This document shows, piece by piece, positions 11,763-23,060 of a DNA stretch of 64,000 bases; position 1 is the stretch's first letter, and the number at the start of each line of letters is the position of its first letter. Source of the stretch: an uncultured Holophagales bacterium. GTDB taxonomy: Bacteria; Acidobacteriota; Thermoanaerobaculia; Multivoradales; UBA5704. Both the position numbers and the translations under genes were made by a program. Location of the stretch: NCBI GenBank assembly GCA_963842525.1, contig CAWJGT010000029.1:1-64000 (forward strand). The letters are read 5' to 3'. Under the pieces are notes generated by a model. That model made no database searches. It was not told the DNA's origin and worked only from the letters and a program-made list of their open reading frames with translations.

Positions 11763-12176
11763 TCAGAGCCGCTTGACCCAGGGGCAGGTTCCGTGCACCT
11801 TCAGCCACAGCTTTCTGTCGGCTGTGATCAAGTCGCAGTCCAGGTCGCGAGCCAGAACGACGAACGTCCCATCGTAGGGAGAGATCTCCTCGCGAAAGCT
11901 GAGCGCGAGCGCCTGCGGAAGAACACTCCGGGCGTCGATCACCTCGAGCGGAATCTGAATCAGATCGAGCCAGAAAACTTGTGCCGCGAACTCGGTCACA
12001 CCGGATGTCCGGTGCACCCAGAAGACATTGGCGAGCTCTGAGAACATCGAGGACGGGACCATGACCCGCGCTTTTCCCTCGGTAAGCTCGTCAAGAAATT
12101 TCTCCGCCCGATCCGAGCCCTCCTCTTCAAGAAACCACTTCACAATAACACTGGTATCGAGGACTCTTCTCACCAT
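11763..12176 (-). CDS. vapC: VapC family PIN toxin
   Basis: VLDTSVIVKW, ELANV, YDGTFV, LITAD. Confidence 0.88.
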   Translation of the reverse strand: MVRRVLDTSVIVKWFLEEEGSDRAEKFLDELTEGKARVMVPSSMFSELANVFWVHRTSGVTEFAAQVFWLDLIQIPLEVIDARSVLPQALALSFREEISPYDGTFVVLARDLDCDLITADRKLWLKVHGTCPWVKRL

Positions 12177-12415
12177 CCCTTATCCCGTGACTCACGAATG
12201 ATGTCCGTGCTATCGGGCATTGGCCCAAGCGCCTTCCGAAGACTGCGTATGTGCTCGACGACGGTGCGCAGATCCCGGGGCTGACTCAGGTCCCGAGAAA
12301 GCAGCGTCCCGACGAGCTCCGAGAGGCTGACTTGGCGGGCATTGGCCTCTTTGTTGAGCCGGTCGACCAGATCCTCTTCGAGCAGGAGATCCACCTTCTT
12401 GAGCGGCGTAGCCAT
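12170..12415 (-). CDS. Putative RHH antitoxin
   Basis: 81 aa upstream of and overlapping vapC; ends DSTDIIRESRD. Confidence 0.7.
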   Translation of the reverse strand: MATPLKKVDLLLEEDLVDRLNKEANARQVSLSELVGTLLSRDLSQPRDLRTVVEHIRSLRKALGPMPDSTDIIRESRDKGW

Positions 12416-12446
12416 CCCTTGTCCTCCTCGCGGCAATTATACTCAC

Positions 12447-13808
12447 TTAGCGCAACCCCGACGGCAGCCGCGGGGAGGAGATGAGCTTTGCGAACTCTTC
12501 CCAGCGCTTTTCAGGGTTGTCCGCCGTGCCGCCCCGCTTTTCGATGTATTCCTTCACCAGGTCCTGGCCGAGGTTGTAGTTGATGACATAGCTGCGGTAG
12601 GTGTCGACGAAGCGGACGCGCTGCTCGGCCCGGTCGCGGGTGTTGAGGGCGTAGCGCACCATCCACTCGGCCGCCTGGTCCTTGTCGATCTCACCGTTCA
12701 GGTATTTGCGGGCTGCCTCGTTGCCGGCATAGCTCAGCTTCTGGGCCAGCGCCTGGACCTCGTAATAGCGCTCCGCGCCGGCGGGATCGACGCCGGCCAG
12801 CGGAAAGAGCTTCGCCTTTTCGAAGGCCACCCGCTCCGGGCCGGGGAACGCCACGTCGATGCCGTAGTTGGCCGTCCCCTCCGCAATCAGCGACTGCGGG
12901 CTGAACAGCGCATAGACCGCAAATTCGGGCCAGCCGCGGTCGCGGACCAGGTGCTTCTCCAGCAGCATGTTGTAGACGTGGTGGCCCGGATAGCCCTCGT
13001 GGCAGGCGAGGTCGATCGCGCGGTCGATGAAGATCGGCAGGTCGGTGTTGACCTGGATCAGGCTCTTGTAGCCGCCCTGGTACCAGTTGTAGCCGCTCCA
13101 CGACTTGCCGGTCACGTACTCGACGCGGAAGCTTTCGCCTTCCGGAAGCTCGATGTGCTGCCGCGTGCGGCGGCGGCATTCGTCGATGGCGGCCGAGAAG
13201 ACGGCGTCGAGCTTCTCGCGAGGGATCACATATGCCTGCCGGAAGCGGTCGAGCTGCTCGACCACCGGCCCGTCGCCGGGCAGCGCCGCGTCGAGCTCAT
13301 CCAGGATGGCCTGAAAATGGGACGCATCGTGGGTCGGCGCAACGGCGTCGTAGAGGGCTTTCGACTCCTCGTCGAAGCTCAGCTTCTTGCCGGAGAGCAT
13401 GTCGATCCGCGACACCATGGACTGGAGCTGTCGGGTCAGATATTCGTGACGCAGCCTCGCCATCTCGGCATCCGGGCCGCCGGCGGCCGGCGGGTTGGTC
13501 TGGAGCTGGGAGAGCCGGGCGTTGGCCTCGGCGAAGAGGTCGGCGAGCGGACGTTTCTGCGCCTGCGCTTCGGTCCGCCACTCCGGAGGTCCGTAGTAGG
13601 CGTCGACATAGTCGGGGTCGTGCTGCCCGACGGCCAGGACCAGCTTCACATAAGCTTCGGCAACTTGTTGCATGGCAGGGCTGCCCTCGGACGGCTGCGG
13701 ACGCGCGGTGGCTGCGGTTCCTCCAGGGCTGCCGGAGCTGGTGCAACCGGCCGCCAGACCCGCAACGAGGGCGAAGATCGACAGCGGAGATCGCAGGGAT
13801 CGGCTCAT
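12447..13808 (-). CDS. DUF885-like lipoprotein, putative zinc peptidase
   Basis: Lipobox AAGC; CHEGYPGHH and downstream IAEG motifs. Confidence 0.7.
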   Translation of the reverse strand: MSRSLRSPLSIFALVAGLAAGCTSSGSPGGTAATARPQPSEGSPAMQQVAEAYVKLVLAVGQHDPDYVDAYYGPPEWRTEAQAQKRPLADLFAEANARLSQLQTNPPAAGGPDAEMARLRHEYLTRQLQSMVSRIDMLSGKKLSFDEESKALYDAVAPTHDASHFQAILDELDAALPGDGPVVEQLDRFRQAYVIPREKLDAVFSAAIDECRRRTRQHIELPEGESFRVEYVTGKSWSGYNWYQGGYKSLIQVNTDLPIFIDRAIDLACHEGYPGHHVYNMLLEKHLVRDRGWPEFAVYALFSPQSLIAEGTANYGIDVAFPGPERVAFEKAKLFPLAGVDPAGAERYYEVQALAQKLSYAGNEAARKYLNGEIDKDQAAEWMVRYALNTRDRAEQRVRFVDTYRSYVINYNLGQDLVKEYIEKRGGTADNPEKRWEEFAKLISSPRLPSGLR

Positions 13809-13852
13809 GGGGCAAGGAGCTTAGCATGCGGCCTCACCCGATCGCCTGCGGC

Positions 13853-14572
13853 TCAGAACCTGTACGTCACCCCGATCGACACCACCGGATACACGTCGTA
13901 GTCCGCCGCATCCTCTTCCAGATCGGCCTCCTCGCGGCGGAGGAGGATATCCAGGGCCTCGCGGGCCCCGGGCGTCGTGTTGATCGGGCTGTCCGCAGGG
14001 ATGATGGGGATCAGCGTCACATCCGCCTGGCCCTGGAAGATTGCGCCGAGCTCGAAGGCGAAGCCCCATTTGCCGCCGCCTCGCACGGCGTTGCCCCAGC
14101 CGATCCCCGCATAAGGGACGATCGGATCGAACTCGGCCGTGGCGTCGAGCGTGCCCACCAGCGCGGACGGCACCAGCACGCCGCCGATGTCGTACAAGCC
14201 CGAAGCGGGCGGCAGGCTGCTCCCCCGCACCTCGGTGTCGTTGTAGACGAAGCCGCCGGTCAGCCGGAACCCGCGTCCTCCCGGGTGCCAGTCGAGGAGT
14301 GCGGTCGCGGTCCGCAGCTCCGCTTCGCCGTCGTATTCGATCCCGCTCGCCTCCCGCCGGTCCGAGTAGCTGTAGCCGTTCACGCCCAGCCGGGTGTTGA
14401 GCTGGGAGGCCAGGCCCACGGTCAGCTCGATGCCCGCGCCGAGCGTGCCCGCCTTGCCGCCGATCGCCACCTGGGCGCCCGCCGGTGTGGCGATGGCCAG
14501 GATGGCGAGGAGCCCGAGGAGCAGGGTTGCCGTTCCGATCGTTCCGAGTTCCTTCCGTGCGCTCTTTCTCAT
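13853..14572 (-). CDS. Outer-membrane beta-barrel protein
   Basis: Signal peptide, [17 protein letters not shown]-terminal YRF. Confidence 0.75.
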   Translation of the reverse strand: MRKSARKELGTIGTATLLLGLLAILAIATPAGAQVAIGGKAGTLGAGIELTVGLASQLNTRLGVNGYSYSDRREASGIEYDGEAELRTATALLDWHPGGRGFRLTGGFVYNDTEVRGSSLPPASGLYDIGGVLVPSALVGTLDATAEFDPIVPYAGIGWGNAVRGGGKWGFAFELGAIFQGQADVTLIPIIPADSPINTTPGAREALDILLRREEADLEEDAADYDVYPVVSIGVTYRF

Positions 14573-14684
14573 GCGCCTGATTCTATGCAAGCGCGGGGCC
14601 GTGGCGTGTGTCTCGCAAGCAGCGCGGGTAGTAGACTCTGCGGCGCTGGATCTATCGGAGCGCTGCAGGCGAGAGGAGGAGACG

Positions 14685-15689
14685 ATGCAGATCGGCATGA
14701 TCGGCCTCGGCCGCATGGGCGGCAACATGGTGCGGCGGCTCTTGCGGGGCGGCCATGAGTGCGTGGTCTTCGACCGGAGCCCCGAGGCGGTGGCCGCTCT
14801 GGCCGCCGAGGGCGCGATGGGCACAGCCTCGCTGGACGATTTCGTCGCGCGGCTCAGACCTCCTCGCGCCGCCTGGCTCATGGTGCCGGCGGGTGATCCC
14901 ACCGAAGGGATGGTCCGCGAGCTTGGCGCACGGCTCGCACCGGGCGACGCCATTGTCGACGGCGGTAATTCCCACTATAAGGACGACGTGCGGCGTGCGC
15001 GCGAGCTGGCCGCGAAGGGAATTCATTACGTCGACGCCGGCACCAGCGGCGGCGTCTGGGGACTCGAAAGAGGCTATTGCCTGATGATCGGCGGCGCGCG
15101 CGAAGCCGTCGAGCGCCTCGATCCGATCTGGAGGACGCTCGCTCCCGGCCGCGGCGAGGTCCCGCCGGCGCCGGGCCGCGAAGGGCGCGGCGGCACGGCC
15201 GAGCAAGGATATTTTCATTGTGGTCCGGCCGGCGCCGGGCACTTCGTCAAGATGGTGCACAACGGCATCGAGTACGGCCTGATGCAGGCCTATGCCGAAG
15301 GCTTCGACCTGTTGCGCAACGCGGGCTCCGCCGAGGCTCCGGAAGACGAGCGATACGATCTCGATCTGGCCGAGGTCGCCGAGCTGTGGCGGCGCGGCAG
15401 CGTGATCACTTCCTGGCTGCTCGACCTGACCGCGAGCGCGCTCGCCGAGAGCTCCGACCTCGCGGAGTACACCGGTTTCGTCCAGGACTCGGGCGAAGGG
15501 CGCTGGACCATCGAAGCCGCGATCGAGCGCTCGGTGCCCGTGCCCGTGCTCGCCGAATCGCTCTTCGCACGCTTCCGTTCCCGCCAGGAGCACACGTTCG
15601 GCGAGAGGGCCCTCTCCGCGATGCGCCACAAGTTCGGCGGGCACGTCGAGAAGCGCGAGCCGCCCACGCCGCAGAAACCGGGCGCGTGA
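14685..15689 (+). CDS. gnd: 6-phosphogluconate dehydrogenase (decarboxylating, short form)
   Basis: [35 protein letters not shown]. Confidence 0.96.
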   Translation: MQIGMIGLGRMGGNMVRRLLRGGHECVVFDRSPEAVAALAAEGAMGTASLDDFVARLRPPRAAWLMVPAGDPTEGMVRELGARLAPGDAIVDGGNSHYKDDVRRARELAAKGIHYVDAGTSGGVWGLERGYCLMIGGAREAVERLDPIWRTLAPGRGEVPPAPGREGRGGTAEQGYFHCGPAGAGHFVKMVHNGIEYGLMQAYAEGFDLLRNAGSAEAPEDERYDLDLAEVAELWRRGSVITSWLLDLTASALAESSDLAEYTGFVQDSGEGRWTIEAAIERSVPVPVLAESLFARFRSRQEHTFGERALSAMRHKFGGHVEKREPPTPQKPGA

Positions 15690-15722
15690 TCGATCACGTT
15701 GCGCCAGACAGAGAGGAGCGAC

Positions 15723-17255
15723 ATGGCCGCTGCCGAGGATCCCGAGAAGCTCGAACCGCCGCAGCTCACCCCCGCGCCGCCGTGCGTGCTGGTGATCTTC
15801 GGCGCCACCGGCGACCTCACCAAGCGCAAGCTGCTCCCCGCGCTGCTCAACCTCGCGGCGAGCGGCCTGCTGCCGGAGGAATTCGCGGTCGTCGGCGTCA
15901 GCCGCCTCGAGATCTCCGAAAAGGCATTCCGCCAGAGGATGCGGAAGGAGCTGGAGGAGTTCGCCACCGGACCGGTCGACCCTGAAAAGAACAAATGGCT
16001 GATCGACCGTCTGTACTACACCCCGGGCGAGCTCGGCGTGCCTGAGACGTATGACCGGCTGCGCGAGCTGCTGGCGCACGTCGACGAGAAGCACGCGACG
16101 AACGGCTGCTACATCTTCTATCTGGCGGTCCCTCCGGCCCTCTTCGGCGACATCACCGGGCGCCTCGGCGAGGCCGGGCTGACCCATGAAGAGGAAGGGC
16201 ACTGGCGGCGCGTGGTCATCGAGAAGCCCTTCGGGCACGACCTCGATTCCGCACGCGCCCTCAACCGGCAGATCCGCGAGATCCTCCACGAGCGGCAGAT
16301 CTACCGCATCGATCACTACCTCGGCAAGGAGACCGTCCAGAACATCATGGCGTTCCGATTCGCCAACGGCATCTTCGAGCCGATCTGGAACCGGCGCTAC
16401 ATCGACCACGTGCAGATCACGGTCGCCGAGACCGTGGGCGTCGAGGACCGCGGCGGCTACTACGAAGGCGCGGGCGCGCTGCGCGACATGGTGCAGAACC
16501 ACATGTTCCAGCTCCTCGCCTTCACGGCCATGGAGCCGCCGATCTCTTTCGCGCCCGACGTCGTGCGCGACGAGCGCGTGAAGGTGCTCTATGCCATCCG
16601 CCCGTTGTCGCACGAGGACGTGCTCCGTGAGACCGTGCGCGGCCAGTACGGGCCCGGCGTGCTCGACGATCACCCGGTGCCCGGCTACCGCGAAGAGAAG
16701 GACGTCGCGCCGGCCTCGGCCACCGAGACCTTCGCGGCGCTCAAGCTGCACATCGACAACTGGCGCTGGGCCGACGTGCCGTTCTATCTGCGGACCGGCA
16801 AGCGCCTGCCCAGGCGCGTCAGCGAGATCGCGATCCGCTTCAAGCGCGCGCCGTTCCAACTCTTCCGCGAGACGCCGGTCGAAGCGCTCTCATCCAATCT
16901 GCTGGTGCTTCACATCCAGCCGGACGAAGGGATCTCGCTGCAGTTCGAGGCCAAGATCCCGGGGCCCGAGGTCCGCCTCGGCAAGGTCAAGATGCACTTC
17001 CAGTACGCCGACTACTTCGGCACCACGCCGAGCACCGGCTACGAAACGCTCCTCTACGATTGCATGACCGCCGACTCGACGCTCTTCCACCGCAGCGACA
17101 TGGTGGAAGCCGGGTGGTGCGTCGTGACGCCGATCCTCGACGTCTGGCAGGCGATCACGCCGCGCAATTTCCCCAACCACGCGGCCGGTACCTGGGGACC
17201 GAAAGAGGCCGACGAGCTGATCGAACGGGACGGCTGCAAGTGGCGCAACCCTTGA
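15723..17255 (+). CDS. zwf: Glucose-6-phosphate 1-dehydrogenase
   Basis: [20 protein letters not shown]. Confidence 0.98.
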   Translation: MAAAEDPEKLEPPQLTPAPPCVLVIFGATGDLTKRKLLPALLNLAASGLLPEEFAVVGVSRLEISEKAFRQRMRKELEEFATGPVDPEKNKWLIDRLYYTPGELGVPETYDRLRELLAHVDEKHATNGCYIFYLAVPPALFGDITGRLGEAGLTHEEEGHWRRVVIEKPFGHDLDSARALNRQIREILHERQIYRIDHYLGKETVQNIMAFRFANGIFEPIWNRRYIDHVQITVAETVGVEDRGGYYEGAGALRDMVQNHMFQLLAFTAMEPPISFAPDVVRDERVKVLYAIRPLSHEDVLRETVRGQYGPGVLDDHPVPGYREEKDVAPASATETFAALKLHIDNWRWADVPFYLRTGKRLPRRVSEIAIRFKRAPFQLFRETPVEALSSNLLVLHIQPDEGISLQFEAKIPGPEVRLGKVKMHFQYADYFGTTPSTGYETLLYDCMTADSTLFHRSDMVEAGWCVVTPILDVWQAITPRNFPNHAAGTWGPKEADELIERDGCKWRNP

Positions 17256-18007
17256 CCGAGATCCTCGTGGTTGACGATGCCGAGGCGCTGGCGCACGCCG
17301 CGGCGGACGAGGTCGCGCGCTGCGCCGAAGCCGCGGTGCGTGCGCGCGGCCGCTTCATGCTCGCGCTCTCCGGCGGCTCCACGCCGCAGCGCCTCTACCG
17401 GTTGCTCGCCGATCGCGAGGCTCCGTTCTGCGAATGGATCGGCGCGACGCATCTCTTCTGGAGCGACGAGCGCCACGTGCCGCCCGATCATCCCGACAGC
17501 AACTATCGGATGGTGCGCGAAGCGCTGCTCGATGCCGTGCTGCCACCGATACCGGCGGACAACATCCATCGTATCCCTGCCGAGCTTCCCGACGCCGCAC
17601 AAGCCGCGGACGCGTACGAAAACGAGCTGCGGCGCTGCTTTGCGCTCGCGCCCGGCGAGGTCCCGCGCTTCGATCTCATGCTCCTCGGCCTCGGCGCAGA
17701 CGGCCATACAGCATCGCTCTTCCCCGGCAGCGACGCGTTGCACGAGCGAGAGCATCTGGCCGTCGCGGTGTGGGTCGACAAGCTCTCGGCCTTCCGCATC
17801 ACGCTGACGCCGCCGGTGTTCGAACGCGCGGCCGAGGCGCTCTTCCTCGTGAGCGGCGCCGGCAAGGCCGCGGCGCTCCATGCGGTCCTACGAAGCGAGC
17901 ACGATCCAGACCGCTATCCCGCGCAGATCGTGCGCCCGCACGATGGCCGGCTGTTGTGGAGCGCCGACAGGACGGCTGCGAGCCGTCTGGAAAAACCCGA
18001 GCTGTGA
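17252..18007 (+). CDS. pgl: 6-phosphogluconolactonase
   Basis: [33 protein letters not shown]; TTG start overlaps the zwf stop. Confidence 0.93.
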   Translation: MTEILVVDDAEALAHAAADEVARCAEAAVRARGRFMLALSGGSTPQRLYRLLADREAPFCEWIGATHLFWSDERHVPPDHPDSNYRMVREALLDAVLPPIPADNIHRIPAELPDAAQAADAYENELRRCFALAPGEVPRFDLMLLGLGADGHTASLFPGSDALHEREHLAVAVWVDKLSAFRITLTPPVFERAAEALFLVSGAGKAAALHAVLRSEHDPDRYPAQIVRPHDGRLLWSADRTAASRLEKPEL

Positions 18008-18039
18008 AGGGAAGAGAAAGAAAGGAACCCCGGAACGTC

Positions 18040-18086
18040 GGCCGCGAGGCATACCTGGAAGGCTTCCCAGGCGGGGCCTCGCGGCC
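18040..18086. terminator. Long GC hairpin between convergent pgl and histone-like gene
   Basis: GGCCGCGAGGC...GCCTCGCGGCC outer stem with inner CCTGG/CCAGG. Confidence 0.5.
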
Positions 18087-18108
18087 CCCTACATCTTGAG
18101 GGCCGCGC

Positions 18109-18356
18109 CTATTTCTTGCCCGCGGTCTTCTTCGGCTTCGGCGCTGCCTTCTTCACAGACTTCGCCGCGACGGTCTTCTTCGCGCGCTCGCCGCCGGCTT
18201 CTTTGCTGCGGTCACGGTCTTCTTGGCAGTGGTCTTCTTGGCTGCCGGCTTCTTCGCAGCCGCCTTCTTGGCAGGAGCTGCTGCAGCCTTCTTCGGAGCC
18301 GCCGCCTTCGCCGCAGTCTTCTTCGCCGGCTTCGCTGCTGTCTTCTTGGTCGCCAT
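18109..18356 (-). CDS. Histone H1-like Lys/Ala-rich protein (1-nt frameshift ~18188)
   Basis: MATKKTAAKPAKKTAAKAAAPKK..., continuing in another frame as AKKTVAAKSVKKAAPKPKKTAGKK; AAGGAG RBS. Confidence 0.75.
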
Positions 18357-18650
18357 GCACTTCTCCTTCTCGATTGAGGTTGCGCCCAACGGCTTCTGGG
18401 CTGGTTGATGCAATTAGGGTACGCCCCTACATCTTGGGCGTCAAGTGCTTTTACGCCTCAATCGCTGGTACCCGTTGCACAAGGGCGTGTGCGCGGCCCT
18501 TCAAGGGCCGTCTCCTCCTCCGGCGACGAGCCGGGCCATGGTGAGAAAACGCCCATTCCATAAGGGTTTTCAGCGCACGAGGGCCGCTTGCGCGGCCACC
18601 GCGGCGGGACGTGAGCGTGTGATGCCGGAGAGAGGAAGAGAGCTGCGAGA

Positions 18651-20078
18651 TCAGTACGCGTTGTGCCGCAGCGCGTGGCGCAGCGTCATCCAGAGGATCT
18701 TGAGGTCGAGCGAGAGCGACCAGTTCTGGATGTAGTAGAGGTCGTACTGGATGCGCTTCCTGATCGACGTGTTGCCGCGCCAGCCGTGCACTTGCGCCCA
18801 GCCGGTGATGCCGGCCTTCACGCGGTGGCGCAGCATGTAGCGCGGGATCTTGTGTTTGAACTCGCGGACGAAGGTGGGGCGCTCAGGCCGCGGCCCGACG
18901 ATCGACATGTCGCCCATCAGCACGTTCCAGATCTGCGGCAGCTCGTCGAGCGACCAGTGGCGCAGGAAAGTGCCGACGCGCGTGCGCCGCGGATCGTCCT
19001 TGATCGCCCATACCGGTCCGCTCGTCGCTTCGGCGTTGACGCGCATCGAGCGGAATTTGAGGATCATGAACGGCTTGCCGTCGAGGCCCATGCGCTCCTG
19101 GCGGTAGAAGATGGGGCCGTGGTCCTCGAGCCAGATGAGCAGCGCGAGCACGGGGACGATCGGGACCAGTCCGAGCATCACGACGAGCGCGATGGCGATG
19201 TCCATCCCGCGCTTGACCATGCTGTTCCATCCCTGGAGCGGCACCTGCGACAGGTTGATCACCGGTGTGCCGTCGATGTCCTCCATCACCGCCTGGAGAG
19301 TGGCGTACTGGAGGATGTCGGGCACCAGCCGGATCTCGACGCATTCGCGCGCCATCAGCTCCAGCATCTGCAACATCTTCTTGTAGGCCTCGAGCGGCAG
19401 CGCGAGGAAGACCTGATCGATGCTGTGCGTATGCAGGATGTCCTCGGCCTGGCGCAGCGTGCCGAGCACGGGCACGTCGAAGATCGTGGTGCCTTGCTTG
19501 CCCGGATCGTCGTCGAGGAAGCCGACCACCTCGAAACCCATCTCGCGGTGCATGAGGATCTTGGTGGTGATCTCCTTGCCGAGCGCGCCGGCGCCGACCA
19601 CCAGGATGCGCTGCAGCTTGTCGCTCGAACGGCGGATCTTGCGCAGCACCAGACGGACCGTCATGCGGCCCGCGACGACGAACAGCAGGTCGGCCAGCGC
19701 GAAGAGGCCGATGAACGCGCGGCTGAACGTGAAGACCTGTGTGCTGCCGGGCCACGCCGGCGGCCGGTACCAGGCGATCACCACCGACAGCAGCACGGTG
19801 GCTACCAGCACCGCCATGGCGATGGTGAGCACCTCGTCGACGCGGCTCCTGGCGCGGCGGTTCTGATAGAGGCCGTGGAAATAGAAGACCACGGGCCAGA
19901 GCGCCAGGACGAACGGGATGAGGCGCAGGTACGGCGTGAACTCGGGGACGTTCTTGGTGACCGGGATGACCTCGACCTCGAACCGCAGGAGCCACGCCGC
20001 GAAGAAGGCGGCCAGCGTGGCGACGAGGTCACCGGCCAGATAAATGCCGGCGGTGGTGCGATGACGTTGTCGGATCAA
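18651..20078 (-). CDS. wcaJ: Undecaprenyl-phosphate glucose phosphotransferase
   Basis: TM region, VGAG Rossmann-like part, KFRSM, LDELPQ, GPRPE, GITGWAQV. Confidence 0.92.
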   Translation of the reverse strand: MIRQRHRTTAGIYLAGDLVATLAAFFAAWLLRFEVEVIPVTKNVPEFTPYLRLIPFVLALWPVVFYFHGLYQNRRARSRVDEVLTIAMAVLVATVLLSVVIAWYRPPAWPGSTQVFTFSRAFIGLFALADLLFVVAGRMTVRLVLRKIRRSSDKLQRILVVGAGALGKEITTKILMHREMGFEVVGFLDDDPGKQGTTIFDVPVLGTLRQAEDILHTHSIDQVFLALPLEAYKKMLQMLELMARECVEIRLVPDILQYATLQAVMEDIDGTPVINLSQVPLQGWNSMVKRGMDIAIALVVMLGLVPIVPVLALLIWLEDHGPIFYRQERMGLDGKPFMILKFRSMRVNAEATSGPVWAIKDDPRRTRVGTFLRHWSLDELPQIWNVLMGDMSIVGPRPERPTFVREFKHKIPRYMLRHRVKAGITGWAQVHGWRGNTSIRKRIQYDLYYIQNWSLSLDLKILWMTLRHALRHNAY

Positions 20079-21243
20079 CGGACGAATCCCTCAGCTCGAA
20101 ACCAGGACGGGATGACAGAAGAGAACGCAAGCGATCGGTGAATCGCTCGACGGCAAAGGACTCCGCACGCTTGCGCAGGTCCAAGTTATTGAAGTCGATC
20201 TCCCGCGCTTTGTCAATCGCCTCGGCCAGATCGGACGGCCCGCCCCAGTCCGGATAGAGGACCCCGTGCCGGCCGTCGTCGACGATGTCGAGGACTCCTC
20301 CCTTGGCTACCGCCACCACGGGCGTGCCGCAGGCCAGGGCCTCCACCGCGGCGATGCCGAAGTCCTCGACCCCCGGCTGGAGGAACAGCCGCGCCCCCCG
20401 GTAGAGGTCGCGCAGGCGCCGCGGCTCGACGTGGCCCAGGAACCGGGTCTGCGGCCCGGCGAGCTCCTCCAGCCGCTCCCGCTCCGGCCCGTCGCCCACG
20501 ATGCGCAGCTCCATCCCCAGCCGGTCGCAGGCCGCGATGGCCAGATCCACCCGCTTGTACGGCGCGAGCGCCGAGACCATCAGGCAATAACCGCTGTCCT
20601 TGGCCGTCCCCGGCGTGAAGTACGCGGTGTCGACCGGCGGATGCAGGACCTCGGCGTCGCGGCCGTAGTAGGCGCGAATGCGCCGGGCGACGAACGACGA
20701 ATTCGCCACGAAGAGGTGTACGCGCGAGGCCGACGAAACGTCCCAGGAGCGCAGCGCCGTCAGAGCCAGCGAGCGCAGGCGGGCGCTCATCCCCTCGCGG
20801 CGCGGGAAATAGGCGTGCTCCTGGTCCCAGGCATAGCGCATCGGCGTGTGGCAATAGCAGACGTGGAGCGCGTCCGGCGAGGGGATGATCCCCTTGGCCA
20901 CACAGTGGCTCGAGCTGATCACCAGGTCGAAGCCCGTGAGGTCCAGCTCCTCGATCGCCACCGGGAAGAGCGGCAGGTACCGGCGGTAGTGCTCGCGCAC
21001 GCCCGGCGCCCGCTGCAGGAAGCTGGTGCGGATCGGATGGCTTTCGAGCGCCTGGCTCACGCTGCCCGGGAAATGGAAGAGCGTGTAGATCGGCGCCTCG
21101 GGGAAGAGGGCGGCGACCGCCTCCAGCACCTTCTCGCCTCCCCGCATCCCGGTCAGCCAGTCGTGGACCAGGGCCACGCGCGGCGGCCGGGCCTCCCGCT
21201 TGCGGATCGCCTCGACCGGCAGAGGCTCGAGCGCCACCGTCAT
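20029..21243 (-). CDS. Glycosyltransferase family 4
   Basis: VHDWLTGMRGGEKVL, CHTPMRYAWD, EDFGIAAVEALACG. Confidence 0.93.
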   Translation of the reverse strand: MTVALEPLPVEAIRKREARPPRVALVHDWLTGMRGGEKVLEAVAALFPEAPIYTLFHFPGSVSQALESHPIRTSFLQRAPGVREHYRRYLPLFPVAIEELDLTGFDLVISSSHCVAKGIIPSPDALHVCYCHTPMRYAWDQEHAYFPRREGMSARLRSLALTALRSWDVSSASRVHLFVANSSFVARRIRAYYGRDAEVLHPPVDTAYFTPGTAKDSGYCLMVSALAPYKRVDLAIAACDRLGMELRIVGDGPERERLEELAGPQTRFLGHVEPRRLRDLYRGARLFLQPGVEDFGIAAVEALACGTPVVAVAKGGVLDIVDDGRHGVLYPDWGGPSDLAEAIDKAREIDFNNLDLRKRAESFAVERFTDRLRSLLSSRPGFELRDSSVDPTTSSHHRRHLSGR

Positions 21244-22451
21244 GCCGCGGCTCCGCGGGACTGGCCGGTGTCTGAAGCAGTCGGAGCGGTCGGCGCGGCG
21301 GGCGCGACGCTGCGGGATTCGATGGCCGCGCGGTAGATCTCCACCGTCTTCCGCGCCGTCTGGCCCCAGCGGAAGTCCTCGGCCCGCTTGGCTCCCAGCC
21401 GGGCGAGCCCCGTCCGGTGCTCCGGGTCGGACATCGTGTGCGCGATCGCCTTGGCCATCCCCTCGATGTCCAGCGGGTCCACCAGGTGCGCGTACCCCTC
21501 CGCCACCTCCTTGAGCGAGGCCGTGTTGGAGGTGATCACCGCCACTCCCGAGGCCATGGCCTCGACCACCGGCATGGCCGACGCCTCGTAGAGCGTTGGA
21601 TAGAGGAAGAGCGTGGCCCCCTGGTAGATGGCCGGCAGGGCCTCCGGCGCGACGCGGCCCAGCAGCCGGACACGGTCGGCGATCCCCAGGTCCGCGGCAC
21701 GCTGGCGGAGCTTGAACTCCGTGCCGGCGCGGTCGCCGATGCAGACCAGCGTGGCGTCGAACGGCGCGATCTTGCGGGCGCGGGCAAAGGCCTGGACCAC
21801 CGTGTCCAGGTTCTTGCGCGGGAACGGATTGCCGACGAACAGCACATACGGCCCCTGGAGCCCGAGATTGCGCCGCCAGCGGTCGAGCTCCTCCGGCGCC
21901 AGCCGCTGGCGGAAGGCGTCGTCCACGCCGTTGTAGACCACCTGGACCTTCTTCGGGCTCACGTCGAAGTGCTCGATCAGGTCCGAGCGCGTGGTCTGGG
22001 TGACAGCGATGATGTGGTCGGCGCGCGTCAGGGTCCGGCGGAGCATGCGCTGGGCGTACAGGAACGCCAGCCGGCTGGGCAGGAAGTCCGGGTAGAAAAG
22101 GTGCGCGATGTCGTGGATGGTCACGACCACGGGCGACTGGAAGACCACCGGCGTGATGTAGTGGGTCGAGTGATAGAGGTCGATGCGCAGCCGGAGCAGG
22201 CGCCAGGAGAGCGCCATGAGCTCGCGGATGGAATAGACCGGCGCCTTCTCGAAGATCGGACGAAAATTGTCCGGCAGGTCGCGGAACGCTTCGCGGTCCT
22301 GGGGCCGGGCGAGGAGCACATAGCGGTTCTCGTTGTCCACACGGGCCAGGGCGCGCACCAGGTTGCCGGCATAGATCCCGATCCCCGACTCCTTGACGTT
22401 ACGCGTATCCAGGCCAATCGTATAGGGCAAACCACACTCCCGGAAGGGCAC
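21240..22451 (-). CDS. Glycosyltransferase family 4 (start uncertain)
   Basis: SGIGIY, VVTIHD, RKNL, YEASAMPVVEAMASG. Confidence 0.9.
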   Translation of the reverse strand: MPFRECGLPYTIGLDTRNVKESGIGIYAGNLVRALARVDNENRYVLLARPQDREAFRDLPDNFRPIFEKAPVYSIRELMALSWRLLRLRIDLYHSTHYITPVVFQSPVVVTIHDIAHLFYPDFLPSRLAFLYAQRMLRRTLTRADHIIAVTQTTRSDLIEHFDVSPKKVQVVYNGVDDAFRQRLAPEELDRWRRNLGLQGPYVLFVGNPFPRKNLDTVVQAFARARKIAPFDATLVCIGDRAGTEFKLRQRAADLGIADRVRLLGRVAPEALPAIYQGATLFLYPTLYEASAMPVVEAMASGVAVITSNTASLKEVAEGYAHLVDPLDIEGMAKAIAHTMSDPEHRTGLARLGAKRAEDFRWGQTARKTVEIYRAAIESRSVAPAAPTAPTASDTGQSRGAAA

Positions 22452-22608
22452 CGCGCCCCGCGGGCGCGTCCGACGAAAAGGTCCCTGCGGACGGAACCCG
22501 TCCTCATTCTACACTCCGCACCTCCGCCACTGGCGCAAACTGCCCGGAAAAACGCCCTTCCAGTGCCGAAATCCGGCCTCCGCGCCTCGGAATCGCGGCC
22601 GGCTCTCG

Positions 22609-22968
22609 ACGAAGGGCAGCGGCTGCCCAACCCTAACGGCTCGCCCCTTAACGAAGGGCAGCGACTGCCCAACCTTAACGAGTCACCTCTTAACGAAGGG
22701 CAGTGACTGCCCAACCTTAACGGGTCGCCTCTTACCGAAGGGCAGTGATTGCCCAACCTTAACGGGTCGCCTCTTAACGAAGGGCAGTGACTGCCCAACC
22801 TTAACGGGCCGCCTCTTAACGAAGGGCAGTGACTGCCCAACCTTAACGGGTCGCCTCTTAGCGAAGGGCAGTGACTGCCCAACCTTAACGGGTCACCCCT
22901 TAACGAAGGGCAGCGACTGCCCAACCTTAACGGGTCACCCCTTAACGAAGGGCAGCGACTGCCCAACC
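22609..22968. repeat. 42-bp tandem repeat, ~8.6 copies, each with a hairpin
   Basis: Consensus ACGAAGGGCAGTGACTGCCCAACCTTAACGGGTCGCCTCTTA; units start at 22609, 22651, 22693, 22735, 22777, 22819, 22861, 22903, 22945. Confidence 0.97.
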
Positions 22969-23060
22969 CTGGATGGACACCCAGGGACGGTGGGCGTCGG
23001 TAGCCCTCGCAGGTGTGGCAGAGGGGAAGGTGGAGGGAGCCGCACAGAGGCGGGGGTGGG

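Noticed and set aside
22609-22968. CRISPR array
   Set aside because: The hairpin repeats are CRISPR-like, but the intervening sequences are nearly identical (no unique spacers) and there are no cas genes in the window.
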